The notes below the pieces were generated by a model, which was not told where the DNA came from, searched no databases, and saw nothing but the letters and a program-made list of their open reading frames with translations. A program made the position numbers and the translations under genes. Below, piece by piece: positions 29,869-38,779 of a stretch of DNA of 64,000 bases (within the stretch, counting starts at the first letter, position 1; every line of letters starts with the position of its first letter). The DNA is from an uncultured delta proteobacterium (lineage in GTDB: Bacteria; Myxococcota_A; Polyangia; Fen-1088). The DNA lies in NCBI GenBank assembly GCA_963755125.1, contig CAVWIP010000006.1:96001-160000 (forward strand), given 5' to 3'.

Positions 29869-32100
29869 GTCGCTGGCGCAGGTGGCACCGGTCGTGGTGT
29901 TGAAATTCGAGCTGCCGGTCTGGGTGGAATTGAAGGCGGTGATGGCGCCGCCGGTCTGGTTGTTCTGGTTATTCAGCGCAACGTCCGTTAGCTGGAAGGA
30001 TCCACTTCCCGTCCAGGTCTGCGCAGCGCCCGAGGTGATCGTCTCTTTCGAGGCACTGCCGCAGCCCGTGCCCCCGCCGTCCACCTTGAACGTACCGTTG
30101 TTGGTGAGACCGGCGGTGAGGGTGATAGTTCCCGAGCTGGTGCTGGTGAAGGCGCCATTGACCGTCATACGGCCGGTCGAGGTCAGGGTGTAGCTGCCAG
30201 ATTGGCTGAGGGTCGTCCCAGCGTTCACGGTGATGGTACCGTTTGCCGTGACATTCCCGCCCAAGGCCGTGGTGCCGCTGCCCGCTGTTTGCAGGTTGTT
30301 GAACGTGAACGCAGGGATCGTCTGTCCGCTGCCGTTGAAGCTGACCGTGCTGCCGGTGACCGTGGTGGCGATGCCTCCTGGCGTGAAGGTTCCCGCGATA
30401 CCGATGGTGCCCCCATTGATCAGGGTCTTGGTGCCTCCGCTGAACGTCAGGTTGTTGTAGTTGAAGGCAGGAACGGTCTGACCCACTGCCGCTTGGCTGA
30501 AGGTCACCGTGCTGCCGGTCACGACGTTTCCGGTCGCGGCTCCCGGTGTAAAGGCTCCTGCGATGGTGATCGCACCGTTGAGAGTCTTGGTGTTGGTGAA
30601 TGTCAGGCCCGCGTAGGTCCCGGGACACACGTTCTGCAGCGCGGCCCCGGTGTAGCTGACGAGTCCGCCCGTACTCGTGATCGTCCCGCCGTTGCAGTTC
30701 ACGGTCCCGCTCGCGGTCAGCGTGTTTGCGGCCACGGCAAGGGCGCCTGATGTGAGCGTCAGGGTGCCGCTCACGGTCTCGCTGCTCGTCAGTGTCACCC
30801 CAGTCGAATTGTTGATCTGCAGGGCACCAGTGATGGTGGTAGGTAGGCCGGTCCCCGTAGTTTGAGCGGCGGTCCCATTGTAGACGTAAGTGGCACCAGG
30901 GTCGAAGCTACTTGTCCCGGTGGTCGTGATGTTGCCCGGGATTCCGGTTGCCGAACCGATGCCGAGAGTTCCGCCGGAGGCCAGCGTGAAGGGACCCTGC
31001 ATGGATACGATGTTGGTGCCCGTGTTGAGCGTGCCGCCGCTGGCCACGGTGAGTGAATTTATATCTGTTGTTGCCGCCATGGGCAGAGGGAATGCGCTGC
31101 TGAGCGTCAGGGAGGCGCCATTCGCCACGACAAAGCTCACGTTGCTCTGCACCGCGATGCCACATGTGAACTCGAGCCAACCAGTTGCAGACTCCGAGAA
31201 GGTCTTGCCAGACCCAGTGAAATTGACGGTCGAGGGTGTCGCTCCGCCTGCCGAGTTCTGGGAAGCAAAGTACAACCCCGTGAAATTGAAGTTGCCTCCG
31301 AGATTGAGAACAGTAGTGCCACTGGCTGTGCCATTGCCTATGTTCAGATTGATGCTCGATGTACCCGTAACGTTGAAGTCACCGCCGATGTTGATAGTGG
31401 TGGTCCCCGAGGCGCGGTCGGCCAGCACGAGGCTGTGGGTGCCAGGACAGGCGCTGGAATTGGAAGTCGAGGACACCGTGAAGGTGCCATTGATCGTCGT
31501 GAGCGCTCCCGCCAGGTCGATCCTCGCGGTTTGAGCACTGGCCCACGTGAAGTTTCCGAAGGCTTGTCCCAGGCCGCCAGGAGTCGTCGCTGTCACGCCA
31601 GTGACCTGAACCATTGAATTTGGATCCCACGTTGCGGTTGGAATCGTTCCACCGTCCTGGGCGTGAGTGTATGTGCCCTTGCTAGCGAAGGTGAGTGTGC
31701 CAGTGATTGTTCCCGTGCCTGTCCGGCTGAGTGTGCCAGCCGAATTTACGGCGATGCTGGCGCCAGTTATCGTTCCCGTGGCTTGATTGATGGTCCCGCT
31801 CACGGATATAGCGCCAGACGATGACACATTGAATGTGGTGATGGTCAGTGTGGCGCCAGAAGCCACACTGAGGCTGCCTAGATTTGCCGTGGCCACATCG
31901 ACCGTCACCGTGTTGGGACTGACAATGGTGACGATGTCGCCAACAGCAGGCACATGACCACACGACCAAGTGATGGTACTCCAGTTGCCCGTTCCACCGC
32001 TGTTGCAAGTCGCCGCTAGAGCCGGTTTCGGCGCAATGAATAGCGCCAATGCGGGCAGCGCAACAGCCAGAAGCCCAATCGGGCCGTGTCTTTGTTTCAT
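27334..32100 (-). CDS. Large secreted protein B: paralog of A with C25 peptidase
   Basis: AGAGGA SD before ATG 32100; signal peptide; the same C25 motifs. Confidence 0.88.
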   Translation of the reverse strand: MKQRHGPIGLLAVALPALALFIAPKPALAATCNSGGTGNWSTITWSCGHVPAVGDIVTIVSPNTVTVDVATANLGSLSVASGATLTITTFNVSSSGAISVSGTINQATGTITGASIAVNSAGTLSRTGTGTITGTLTFASKGTYTHAQDGGTIPTATWDPNSMVQVTGVTATTPGGLGQAFGNFTWASAQTARIDLAGALTTINGTFTVSSTSNSSACPGTHSLVLADRASGTTTINIGGDFNVTGTSSINLNIGNGTASGTTVLNLGGNFNFTGLYFASQNSAGGATPSTVNFTGSGKTFSESATGWLEFTCGIAVQSNVSFVVANGASLTLSSAFPLPMAATTDINSLTVASGGTLNTGTNIVSMQGPFTLASGGTLGIGSATGIPGNITTTGTSSFDPGATYVYNGTAAQTTGTGLPTTITGALQINNSTGVTLTSSETVSGTLTLTSGALAVAANTLTASGTVNCNGGTITSTGGLVSYTGAALQNVCPGTYAGLTFTNTKTLNGAITIAGAFTPGAATGNVVTGSTVTFSQAAVGQTVPAFNYNNLTFSGGTKTLINGGTIGIAGTFTPGGIATTVTGSTVSFNGSGQTIPAFTFNNLQTAGSGTTALGGNVTANGTITVNAGTTLSQSGSYTLTSTGRMTVNGAFTSTSSGTITLTAGLTNNGTFKVDGGGTGCGSASKETITSGAAQTWTGSGSFQLTDVALNNQNNQTGGAITAFNSTQTGSSNFNTTTGATCASDPTAVRLVSFTATVHGSRVLLKWQTAMETNNIGFRLYREAGDASSPVTPHLISGSALMAGLRATVSGGRSYVWWDDLPAGADARTTRYWLADVDLRGGQTFHGPVVPQPSNDPPPEVRNAPHMQQLAGLTGSGASPGSSVQGGPAGRVFRGLAPTTPTATAVQWTLASSRALKIGISQAGWYQVTGQDLIDHGLGTADPTRLQLFTDGQQIPLVIRGLARSRGLVPQSTAEFYATGIDSQWTGERSYWLAAGTSAGKRVGKVSAEASDAAPASFAFTVASAPKVIYFPALMNGNPDKYFGPIVSTDATAPTTLALDVINPDAAPAGQAALDVAVQGVMDGAHVVAVLLNGTQVGQVQFDSQELGTAHLLLDQSTSLIEGSNQISLWAEGGDLDLSLVASVGLTYWRKYVADGDTLSMTAPGDSRLVVSGFNSPNIRVMDVTDTENPYELSAAVQSDGTSGYSVTTNVAGAGVHNLLAFSDGAIASPDSLETNSPSSWHSADKAANLVVLTNAAVTGALQPLVKLRQGQGYVVAVVDVEDVYDEFSFGNKTPQALRDFLALASSTWRKRPGFVLLAGSASADPRNFLGYGDFDLVPTEFVEATYSDAPSDDWLVDFNNDGLPELAIGRLPVRDSTQAAAVVQKLVGYAGTAGAVWRRTAVLVSDTATSDFDFPASSTAVAAQIPTSMFLTQIFRGDFADDTAAHAAVVGAFDQGALLVNYMGHSSETAWDGNLLSMDDVPLLTNGAKLPFVSSMTCWTGWFADPYGETLGESLLKTPQGGAIAVWAGSGLTEPAGQQTMDTAFVQLLFAAKKPTIGQAVAAAKAATSDLDVRRTWILLGDPTTKLQ

Positions 32101-32133
32101 AGGTATTCTTCCTCTTCGGGCAAACGATCGCAT

Positions 32134-32328
32134 CTAGGTGGCAATCTCGACGCCACAGAGCCGGCACGCGCCTGCCGATGGACCGGCTGTTGTCGATGTC
32201 TTGCAGGCGCCCAGAACGGCCTCTTCCGGCCTGAGCTTGATGCTTGTCAGCTTGGGCGGCGCATAGGGCTTCCTGCGCGCTGGCTTGGTCGATGTGGTCG
32301 CTGTCTTGCTGTCTTCACTGTTTTGCAC
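32134..32328 (-). CDS. RiPP precursor peptide 1 (64 aa)
   Basis: GGAGGAG SD 6 nt before GTG 32328; KPYAPPKL leader motif, LRPEEAVLGACK, and a core with 3 Cys; overlaps the rSAM gene stop. Confidence 0.8.
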   Translation of the reverse strand: MQNSEDSKTATTSTKPARRKPYAPPKLTSIKLRPEEAVLGACKTSTTAGPSAGACRLCGVEIAT

Positions 32329-33478
32329 TGAGATCTCCTCCACCAATCTGCTGACAGTACTGGCACTCCCCATGTGGCTGCACCGAAACGTCCAGAGCAC
32401 GCGCCCGCAGGTGGGCCACCTCGCAGTAGAAAGCGGGCGAAGCTTCCGGGTCGCCATGTTCCAGCTCGCCGTTGGGCGGGCAGACCCCGCACAGGTGCCG
32501 GATCGAACAGTCCAGGCACTTCGTCACACGCGAAACCTTCCTGCGCCGCTCCGCCAGAACAGCGCCTTCCCAGCCCGTCAGGAAGCGCCCGCTGCGCAGA
32601 TCGTATTTTGCGCCAGGCGAAAACAGGCACAGGTTCATGCCGCCGTACGCGTCGATGGCAAAGGCGTTGATGCCGGCCTTGCAGAAGTAGATCTCGCGCT
32701 TGGGATGAAGCGCGGGGAAACAGCCGCCGAACTCCCTGTCCAGATCCTTCCACTCGGCCGCCTGCTTGGGGTTGCGCATCTCCAGGTCCACTACGGTGTT
32801 GGCGGAAACCCGGAAGAGAAGCGGCCGCTGCGACAGGTCGAGACGGGGGTTGACCATGGGATCGAGCCTGAAAACCAGCCCGAGTTCCTTCTCCACCAGA
32901 TCTCTCATCCGTTCGACCTCGTGCTGGTTGACAGTCAGAACGATGGTCTTGAGGCTGAGCGGGATCTTGCGGTCGCACAGCAGGCGGATCGCTCGCATGC
33001 ACTTGTCATGGGAACCCGGAACGCGCGTGACACTCTCGTGGGTTTCTCGGGTGCTGCCGTAGATCGTGATCTCGACCGCGTAGGGGCGCCAGGCGGCCAG
33101 GTGGTCCGCGATGCGCGGGGTGATGAGCGAGCCGCCGGTAAACAGAGTGACCAGCAGCCCCTTCTTCTTCGCGTGGGTGAAGATGTCGAGAAAGTCCCCG
33201 CGCGCGAAGATCTCGCCCCCCGTATAGGTGAGCCACAGGCAGCCGGCCTCGACGATTTCATCGATGATGCGGATGTGCTCGGCAGTGCTCAGTTCCCGGC
33301 GGGCGTTTTCCTCGTCGCGCAGCGGGAGGTTGTTGTAGCAGTGTACGCAGTCGAGCGGGCAGCGTCGGGTGACCTCGATCATCCCATGGACGGGCAGACG
33401 CTTGCTGCACCACACGTCCTGCACTTTCGTGTGGAAGTCACGGTATGAGATGCTTTCGATCACTAATTGTGGCTCCAT
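32315..33478 (-). CDS. Radical SAM/SPASM peptide maturase
   Basis: CPLDCVHC, TGGE; SPASM-type CKAG...LC...CLDCSIRHLCGVC...YC. Start uncertain (33463-33523). Confidence 0.9.
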   Translation of the reverse strand: MEPQLVIESISYRDFHTKVQDVWCSKRLPVHGMIEVTRRCPLDCVHCYNNLPLRDEENARRELSTAEHIRIIDEIVEAGCLWLTYTGGEIFARGDFLDIFTHAKKKGLLVTLFTGGSLITPRIADHLAAWRPYAVEITIYGSTRETHESVTRVPGSHDKCMRAIRLLCDRKIPLSLKTIVLTVNQHEVERMRDLVEKELGLVFRLDPMVNPRLDLSQRPLLFRVSANTVVDLEMRNPKQAAEWKDLDREFGGCFPALHPKREIYFCKAGINAFAIDAYGGMNLCLFSPGAKYDLRSGRFLTGWEGAVLAERRRKVSRVTKCLDCSIRHLCGVCPPNGELEHGDPEASPAFYCEVAHLRARALDVSVQPHGECQYCQQIGGGDLSAKQ

Positions 33479-33614
33479 TCCAGGCTGACGCTGAACGCCA
33501 TGACCGTCGTAGCTGCTAGACACAATAATTTACAATATCCTGCGTCGTCATCTGAGATTATTACGCGCATGTAGGTCGAAATCTCACCTTGGCCGCGACA
33601 ACAAGTTCTGGCGA

Positions 33615-34556
33615 ATGAGTAAAGCCCAACCTCCCTGGAATGGCCGTCGCTGGTTCCAGATCGGTGGAATCACGATTCAGGTTGATGCCGATCGGCCCAT
33701 CACGTCGCAGACTTTCGCGCCCAAGTTCGAGGCATTCGCTGTCGACGGCCCCGGCAGCGACACCGTCTTCATCCACCACCGCTTCGGCCTCCCTGATCTG
33801 CAAGGCCGCAACCTCGGCCGCCAGGTGTACCGGAAGACACCGTGGGCAGTGTTCGAGAGGCCGGATGCGTGGTTCTACCTGGGCATCGCGATGGATCCCG
33901 ACGATACGCGGCTGTTCGCCTTCGCTGAGTTCGACCGGGAGCACAGCCGCGGCACGATCTGGAGCCCCACCGATGGCAGGTTCGTGCAAGGTGGACTGAA
34001 CTCCCTGACCACGTTCCCCACCGATCAGATCGTGCTGGCGCGCGTGCTGGCCGACCGCCGCGCGTGCTACCTGCACTCCTCCGCCGGCATCGTCAAGGGC
34101 GCGGGCCTGTTGTTCCTCGGTCATTCCGAGGCGGGCAAATCGACCACTGCGGGCATGCTCGACGGGTACGCCGAGATCCTGTGCGACGACCGCAACATCG
34201 TGCGCCGGTGGCCCGATGGCTTCCGCGTCCACGGCACCTGGAGCCACGGCGAGATCCCGCGCGTGTCTGCGGCCTCGGCTCCCCTGGCCGCGATTTTTCT
34301 TCTGAGCAAGGCCGAGGAAAATCGCCTGGTGAAGGTCACAGATCGCGTGCGCCTTGCGACCGTGCTGGCGGCGTGCATGATCAAGCCGGTGGTGGATGTG
34401 GGCTGGTGGGAGAAGAGTCTGGACCTGATTGAAACCATGATGAACGAGATCCCCTGCTACGAGATGCGATTCGACAAGAGCGGCGCGATCGTGCCCGCGC
34501 TGCTCGACCTGGCGCGGAGTTTTTCGCCCACGACACGAGCCGAGGGCGCGCCATGA
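33615..34556 (+). CDS. HPr-kinase-like P-loop protein (ScmC-like/RiPP-associated kinase)
   Basis: LHSSAG, GHSEAGKST (Walker A), ILCDD, GTWSHGE. Confidence 0.75.
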   Translation: MSKAQPPWNGRRWFQIGGITIQVDADRPITSQTFAPKFEAFAVDGPGSDTVFIHHRFGLPDLQGRNLGRQVYRKTPWAVFERPDAWFYLGIAMDPDDTRLFAFAEFDREHSRGTIWSPTDGRFVQGGLNSLTTFPTDQIVLARVLADRRACYLHSSAGIVKGAGLLFLGHSEAGKSTTAGMLDGYAEILCDDRNIVRRWPDGFRVHGTWSHGEIPRVSAASAPLAAIFLLSKAEENRLVKVTDRVRLATVLAACMIKPVVDVGWWEKSLDLIETMMNEIPCYEMRFDKSGAIVPALLDLARSFSPTTRAEGAP

Positions 34557-34855
34557 GCCCATCGCTTGCCCCGGATGTGCGGGTCCGCCATTCGGACGAC
34601 GTGGTCGCGCGGCTGATCGAAGGCGAGCTCCTCATCGTTCCGCTGATGTCCGGCGTGGGCGATCTGGAGGACGAGCTGTACACGCTCAACGAGACGGGCA
34701 GGGCGATCTGGGAAAAGCTGGACGGCAGCCGAACCATTGATGACGTGGCCCGCGAGATGGCGCGCGAGTTCGACGTCGCCGAGGAAACCGCCCGGCTGGA
34801 CGTCGCCAATCTGGTGGAAGAACTGCTGGGAAGGAAGATCCTGGTTGCCGGCTGA
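34553..34855 (+). CDS. PqqD-family RiPP recognition element (RRE)
   Basis: LYTLNETGRAIWEKLDGSRTIDDV; 100 aa. Confidence 0.9.
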   Translation: MSPSLAPDVRVRHSDDVVARLIEGELLIVPLMSGVGDLEDELYTLNETGRAIWEKLDGSRTIDDVAREMAREFDVAEETARLDVANLVEELLGRKILVAG

Positions 34856-35357
34856 CGGCGCGCCGCCCGATTCGCATTTCGCCGCCGGCAATGCCCTGGA
34901 GATCTCCGGGGAGCAATTGCAGGAGTTGCTGGACGCCGTTCTTTCCCGGGGCCGCCCGCTGCGCTTCCGGGCGCGCGGGTTCAGCATGGGCCCGCTGGTG
35001 CAGGACCGCGACGTGATCACCATCTCGCCCCTGGCCGGCCGGCGGCCCGGCACCGGCGACATCATCGCCTGCCGCCTTCGCCCGAGCAGGCGCCTGGTCG
35101 TCCATCGTGTGCGCGCGGTCAGGTCCGACGGCTTGCTGGTCCAGGGCGACAGCGCGTTCCTGCCCGACGGAATGATCCCGCTTGGCGACGTGCTGGGACT
35201 GCTCACCCTCGCCGAGCGCGACGGCGTGGTGATTTATCGAACACGGCACAACCATCCCGCGACTGTCCGTCACCTGGCGTGGATCGTCCGGCGCTGGAGG
35301 AACCGGGCCGCCGGTGTCGCCCATCGGCTGAGAGAGCGCTGGTTTTCGCCTGGGTGA
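34845..35357 (+). CDS. S24/S26-family peptidase (putative leader peptidase)
   Basis: RGFSMGP, GDII, VVHRV and QGD motifs; TTG start inferred. Confidence 0.78.
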   Translation: MPADGAPPDSHFAAGNALEISGEQLQELLDAVLSRGRPLRFRARGFSMGPLVQDRDVITISPLAGRRPGTGDIIACRLRPSRRLVVHRVRAVRSDGLLVQGDSAFLPDGMIPLGDVLGLLTLAERDGVVIYRTRHNHPATVRHLAWIVRRWRNRAAGVAHRLRERWFSPG

Positions 35358-35531
35358 TGGGCGTCCCGCTAAGGAGCCGCGAAAAGATAACTTGTGCAAA
35401 GAGCGCGGCCGAGGCGCCCGGATGGCAAGAAGCGAGGAGCGAGCATACCCGTCGGTATGTGAGCGACGAGCGACGCAGCCAGCCGGGATGGATCGGCCGC
35501 GCGCCTGCTAGAGTTATCTTTGAGCGGCGAC

Positions 35532-37052
35532 TTAGTCTCGCGCCTGCCAGATCTCGCGCTGGAAACGGTAGGGCGGGGCGTCCGGCTTCCAGAAATGCTT
35601 GAGCGCATAGTGCGGGGTCGCGCCGAAGGGCGTCGCTCCGGTGCGCACGCAAAGACCGCGCAGCAGATCGCGGACGCGATTCTGGGTCTCGGCCAGCGAC
35701 GACGTGGTGCTCATGGTCAGCAGGAATACGCGATTGGCCGCGGGCAGGCGCTGGCGTAGCGGCGCAAGCTGCGCATCGGCGTCGGGGAAGATGCGGATCG
35801 AGTCGACCGCGGCGATGGCGGCCGACGGCGCACAGGTGCGCGCGACGAGCTCGGCCAGCCGAGGGTAGGGCGCGACGATGAGATCCCGCGCGCCGGCGTC
35901 GCGCACGACGCTGCACGAGGCGCTGTCCAGGCGGTTGAGATCGGCCTTGTAGAAACCGCGCCCCAGCAGGGTCAGCGCCAGCGCAACCAACAGTTGCGCG
36001 GAGGCGAGCCCGGCAATCCCGCGCCACCGGCCTGCAAGCGCCGCGCCCACCATCAACGTGAGAGCCAGCCAGACCTCCAGGCTGTAGCGCGGGTGCCAGA
36101 TCCCGAACGGCGCCAGGCACAGCCACGCGAGCGCATCGGTCGCGAGAAAGAGCGCGTACGGGCGCGAACCTTTCTCGCGCACCAGCGTCGCGAACCCGAG
36201 CGCCGCCGCGGCGGCCACCGCCAGGCCGAGCAAGGGGAAAGGAAAAGGCAGCGCAGCCTCGCCGGCAACTCCCAGCACCAGCCAGGTGACCACCTGGGAC
36301 AGCACAGGGTGAAACTGGCCGTACGCCAGTGACGCATGAGCCGCGGCGATGGGCGAGGCAAAGCGCAACCCGATGAGAGCGGCCAGCGACAGCAGCGCGA
36401 TCAGGCCCAGGTTGCGACGGGCGTGCGGCTGGCCGGCGCTGCGCAGGTGCAACCAGACGAGATCGAGCAGCACGAAGGGCGGCTCGACATAGCCCGCCGC
36501 CAGGCCGAGCGTCGCGCCGGTCACGAAGATTGCGCCCGAGCGCGCGCGGCCGGGCGCCATGCCCCAGATGGAAAGTGCGCGCAGGGCATGCGCGAGAAAC
36601 AGGAACGGATACCAGCGCGCCGCGCCCGCGTACATGAACACGATCGGGTGCAGGGCCGCGAGCCACACATAGACGCGCGCAAGACCGAACTGCCGGAGCA
36701 CCAGATTCGCCGTGATCCACAGCGCGCCCGCCGAGGCCAGCACGCGCGCCAGGTTGATGATCCAGCGGGCGCCGGTGGCGGCCAGCAGCGCGCGGTCGAG
36801 CAACGCCACCCAGGGCGGGTGCACGTCCGCCGCCAGCGCGGCCCAGAAGCGGCCGGCATCCCGCTGCCCCGCCAACCCGAGCGAGAACCACTCGTCGTCA
36901 AAGGGGGTGCGCAGGGCCGCGAACAGCAGGGCGGCCGCGCCCCACGCCAGCGGCAACCACAAGGCGCGATCGCGCGGCTGCGCGGCCACGGTGGGCCGCG
37001 CCGGTGTGTCCCCTGTCTTCAGGCCCGCCGGCAGCATTTCAGCAACGGGCAC
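35532..37052 (-). CDS. Multi-TM GT-C-fold glycosyltransferase-like protein
   Basis: First-loop FDDEWFS, DVHPP and ARWY; many hydrophobic segments. Confidence 0.6.
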   Translation of the reverse strand: MPVAEMLPAGLKTGDTPARPTVAAQPRDRALWLPLAWGAAALLFAALRTPFDDEWFSLGLAGQRDAGRFWAALAADVHPPWVALLDRALLAATGARWIINLARVLASAGALWITANLVLRQFGLARVYVWLAALHPIVFMYAGAARWYPFLFLAHALRALSIWGMAPGRARSGAIFVTGATLGLAAGYVEPPFVLLDLVWLHLRSAGQPHARRNLGLIALLSLAALIGLRFASPIAAAHASLAYGQFHPVLSQVVTWLVLGVAGEAALPFPFPLLGLAVAAAAALGFATLVREKGSRPYALFLATDALAWLCLAPFGIWHPRYSLEVWLALTLMVGAALAGRWRGIAGLASAQLLVALALTLLGRGFYKADLNRLDSASCSVVRDAGARDLIVAPYPRLAELVARTCAPSAAIAAVDSIRIFPDADAQLAPLRQRLPAANRVFLLTMSTTSSLAETQNRVRDLLRGLCVRTGATPFGATPHYALKHFWKPDAPPYRFQREIWQARD

Positions 37053-37123
37053 AGCCTACCCTATCGCGCTTTCTCAGCGGCAACTTCGCCGAGTTTCTTG
37101 TGTGGATGAACCGGAAAGAGGGT

Positions 37124-37160
37124 TGGCATGGATTGCACTTTTGATTGGCAATCCATGCCA
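37124..37160. promoter_or_regulatory. Perfect 13 bp inverted repeat (operator-like)
   Basis: TGGCATGGATTGC-N11-GCAATCCATGCCA. Confidence 0.55.
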
Positions 37161-37228
37161 GCGTCGCGAGCCAATGTCACGGTTGGCAGTCAAGGCGCGC
37201 CTTTTCGGGAAACGGCTACACTTGCCTC

Positions 37229-37360
37229 ATGGCCTTACCTTCGGCGAAGTCCCGGCCAGCCACCTATGAGGACATCCTCCGCCTGCCGGAGCACGTCGTG
37301 GGTGAGATCGTCGACGGGGAGTTGATCGTTTCGCCGCGGCCGGCACCCCGGCATGCGAAT
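37229..37360 (+). pseudogene. Uma2-family endonuclease N-terminal fragment
   Basis: ATYEDILRLPEHVVGEIVDGELIVSPRPAPRH is a typical Uma2 start; similarity stops where the convergent ATPase gene ends. Confidence 0.75.
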
Positions 37361-37375
37361 CGAAGAAGGGACGGC

Positions 37376-38554
37376 CTACACCAATCCGGCCAAGAACCGC
37401 TCGTAGTGAAGCACGCGAAGGTCGCTTGCCGGGTAGGAGCGATCGTAGCCGGGCCGCGTGACCAACTGAAACGCGCGCGGCTTGCCCAGCTTCTCACGGA
37501 AATACAGCAGGGCAGGGGTCGGGTCGACGTCACCCGACTTGCACTCGACCAACCACCAGGGCCTGCCGTCGCGTACAACCAGAAAGTCCACCTCTCGCTG
37601 CTCTTTGTCGCGGACGAAGTGCAGGTCGAATGTTCCTTGCGCCGTATCGCTCCAGTAGTGGCACGCCTTCAGCAGGTGCAGCGCAGTCAGGTTTTCGAGC
37701 CGAGCCGCCGCGGCCTGCGCCGGGATGCGGAGAATGTCGAACAAGTAGAGCTTGGGCGCGGTGCGGACCGCGCGGGCCAATCGCTTGGTGAAGGGGCGCA
37801 CGGTGAAACAGTGATACAGCGCCTCGAACACCGACAGCCAGCCAGCCACCGTGCCGTAGGCAACGCCCACGTCCTCGCGCAGCGAGTTCACTGACAACAG
37901 GCTGCCCACGCGATCAGGGAGCAAGTCGGCCAGCACGCGCAGACCAGCGATGTCGGACACGGCACGCAAGTCGCGCACGTCCTCTGCCAGCAGCCGTTCG
38001 ACGCACAGTCGGCTCCAGCGACCAGCCTTCGCCTCGCTGCCGCCGATGAGAGGCTCGGGAAACCCGCCCAGGCGCAGCAGGTCGTCGAGGCGCCAGCGCG
38101 GCTTGACCGTGCCAAGCACGGCGTCTGGCGCCGGGGGAGCCTCAACCTCCCCCGCCGTGAAGGGGTGCAAACGATAGGGCAAGAAACGGCCGAGCAAGCT
38201 GTCGCCGCCCCGGCGATAGAGGTCGAGGCGCGCGCTGCCGGTCACGATCATGCCCTCGGCTGCGCCCTCGACATCGTACACGCCCTTGAGGCGCGCCTTC
38301 CAATGCCGATCCTTGTGGATCTCGTCGAGTACGATCGGCCCTGGTCCGCGATCCGCCAGCGCGGCTCGCGGTGATCGGCTCCAGGCCTTGCGAAACTCGG
38401 TGTCATCCCAGTTGCGGTAGTTGTCTGGGGAGGTGAGCAGACTCTTGGCCAGGGTGGTCTTGCCCACCTGGCGTGGGCCGGAGATGAATGCCATCTTCCC
38501 CGAGGGCAGGGCGTCGTTCTTGATCTGGAGGGCCAGATAGCGTGCCGAAACCAT
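37376..38554 (-). CDS. AAA_14 + DUF4143 ATP-binding protein
   Basis: GPRQVGKTT, LDEIHK, TGSARL, GGFPE, KLYLFD, EVDF...VECK. Confidence 0.9.
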   Translation of the reverse strand: MVSARYLALQIKNDALPSGKMAFISGPRQVGKTTLAKSLLTSPDNYRNWDDTEFRKAWSRSPRAALADRGPGPIVLDEIHKDRHWKARLKGVYDVEGAAEGMIVTGSARLDLYRRGGDSLLGRFLPYRLHPFTAGEVEAPPAPDAVLGTVKPRWRLDDLLRLGGFPEPLIGGSEAKAGRWSRLCVERLLAEDVRDLRAVSDIAGLRVLADLLPDRVGSLLSVNSLREDVGVAYGTVAGWLSVFEALYHCFTVRPFTKRLARAVRTAPKLYLFDILRIPAQAAAARLENLTALHLLKACHYWSDTAQGTFDLHFVRDKEQREVDFLVVRDGRPWWLVECKSGDVDPTPALLYFREKLGKPRAFQLVTRPGYDRSYPASDLRVLHYERFLAGLV

Positions 38555-38555
38555 G

Positions 38556-38621
38556 CTGGCCAGTTTACACCAGATTGCAAACTGGACATGGCCAATTTTC
38601 TCTTTGGTGAAAACTGGCCAG
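38556..38621. promoter_or_regulatory. 17 bp inverted repeat over the ATPase promoter
   Basis: ctggccagtttacacca...tggtgaaaactggccag (1 mismatch); TAAACT 7 nt before ATG and no SD. Confidence 0.6.
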
Positions 38622-38779
38622 GGGGCAGGATGGAACGCCCAGGCGCTGGGATTCACAGTCCTCCCGTCCGCAAACTGACGGCCTGTCCGCGCGTGGCCGG
38701 ATTACCCTACCCTTGCGAGAAGGCGCGGTGAAAAATGTAGTGGCCTCTTCCCCGAGCCGACGGCACAATTCCGGCCTGC

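Noticed and set aside
22635..32100. Diversity-generating retroelement or classical autotransporter
   Set aside because: No reverse transcriptase, the differences do not look adenine-specific, and there is no C-terminal beta-barrel.
37145..37894. Full-length Uma2 gene
   Set aside because: After RHA the frame is antisense to the ATPase and lacks the PD-(D/E)xK core.
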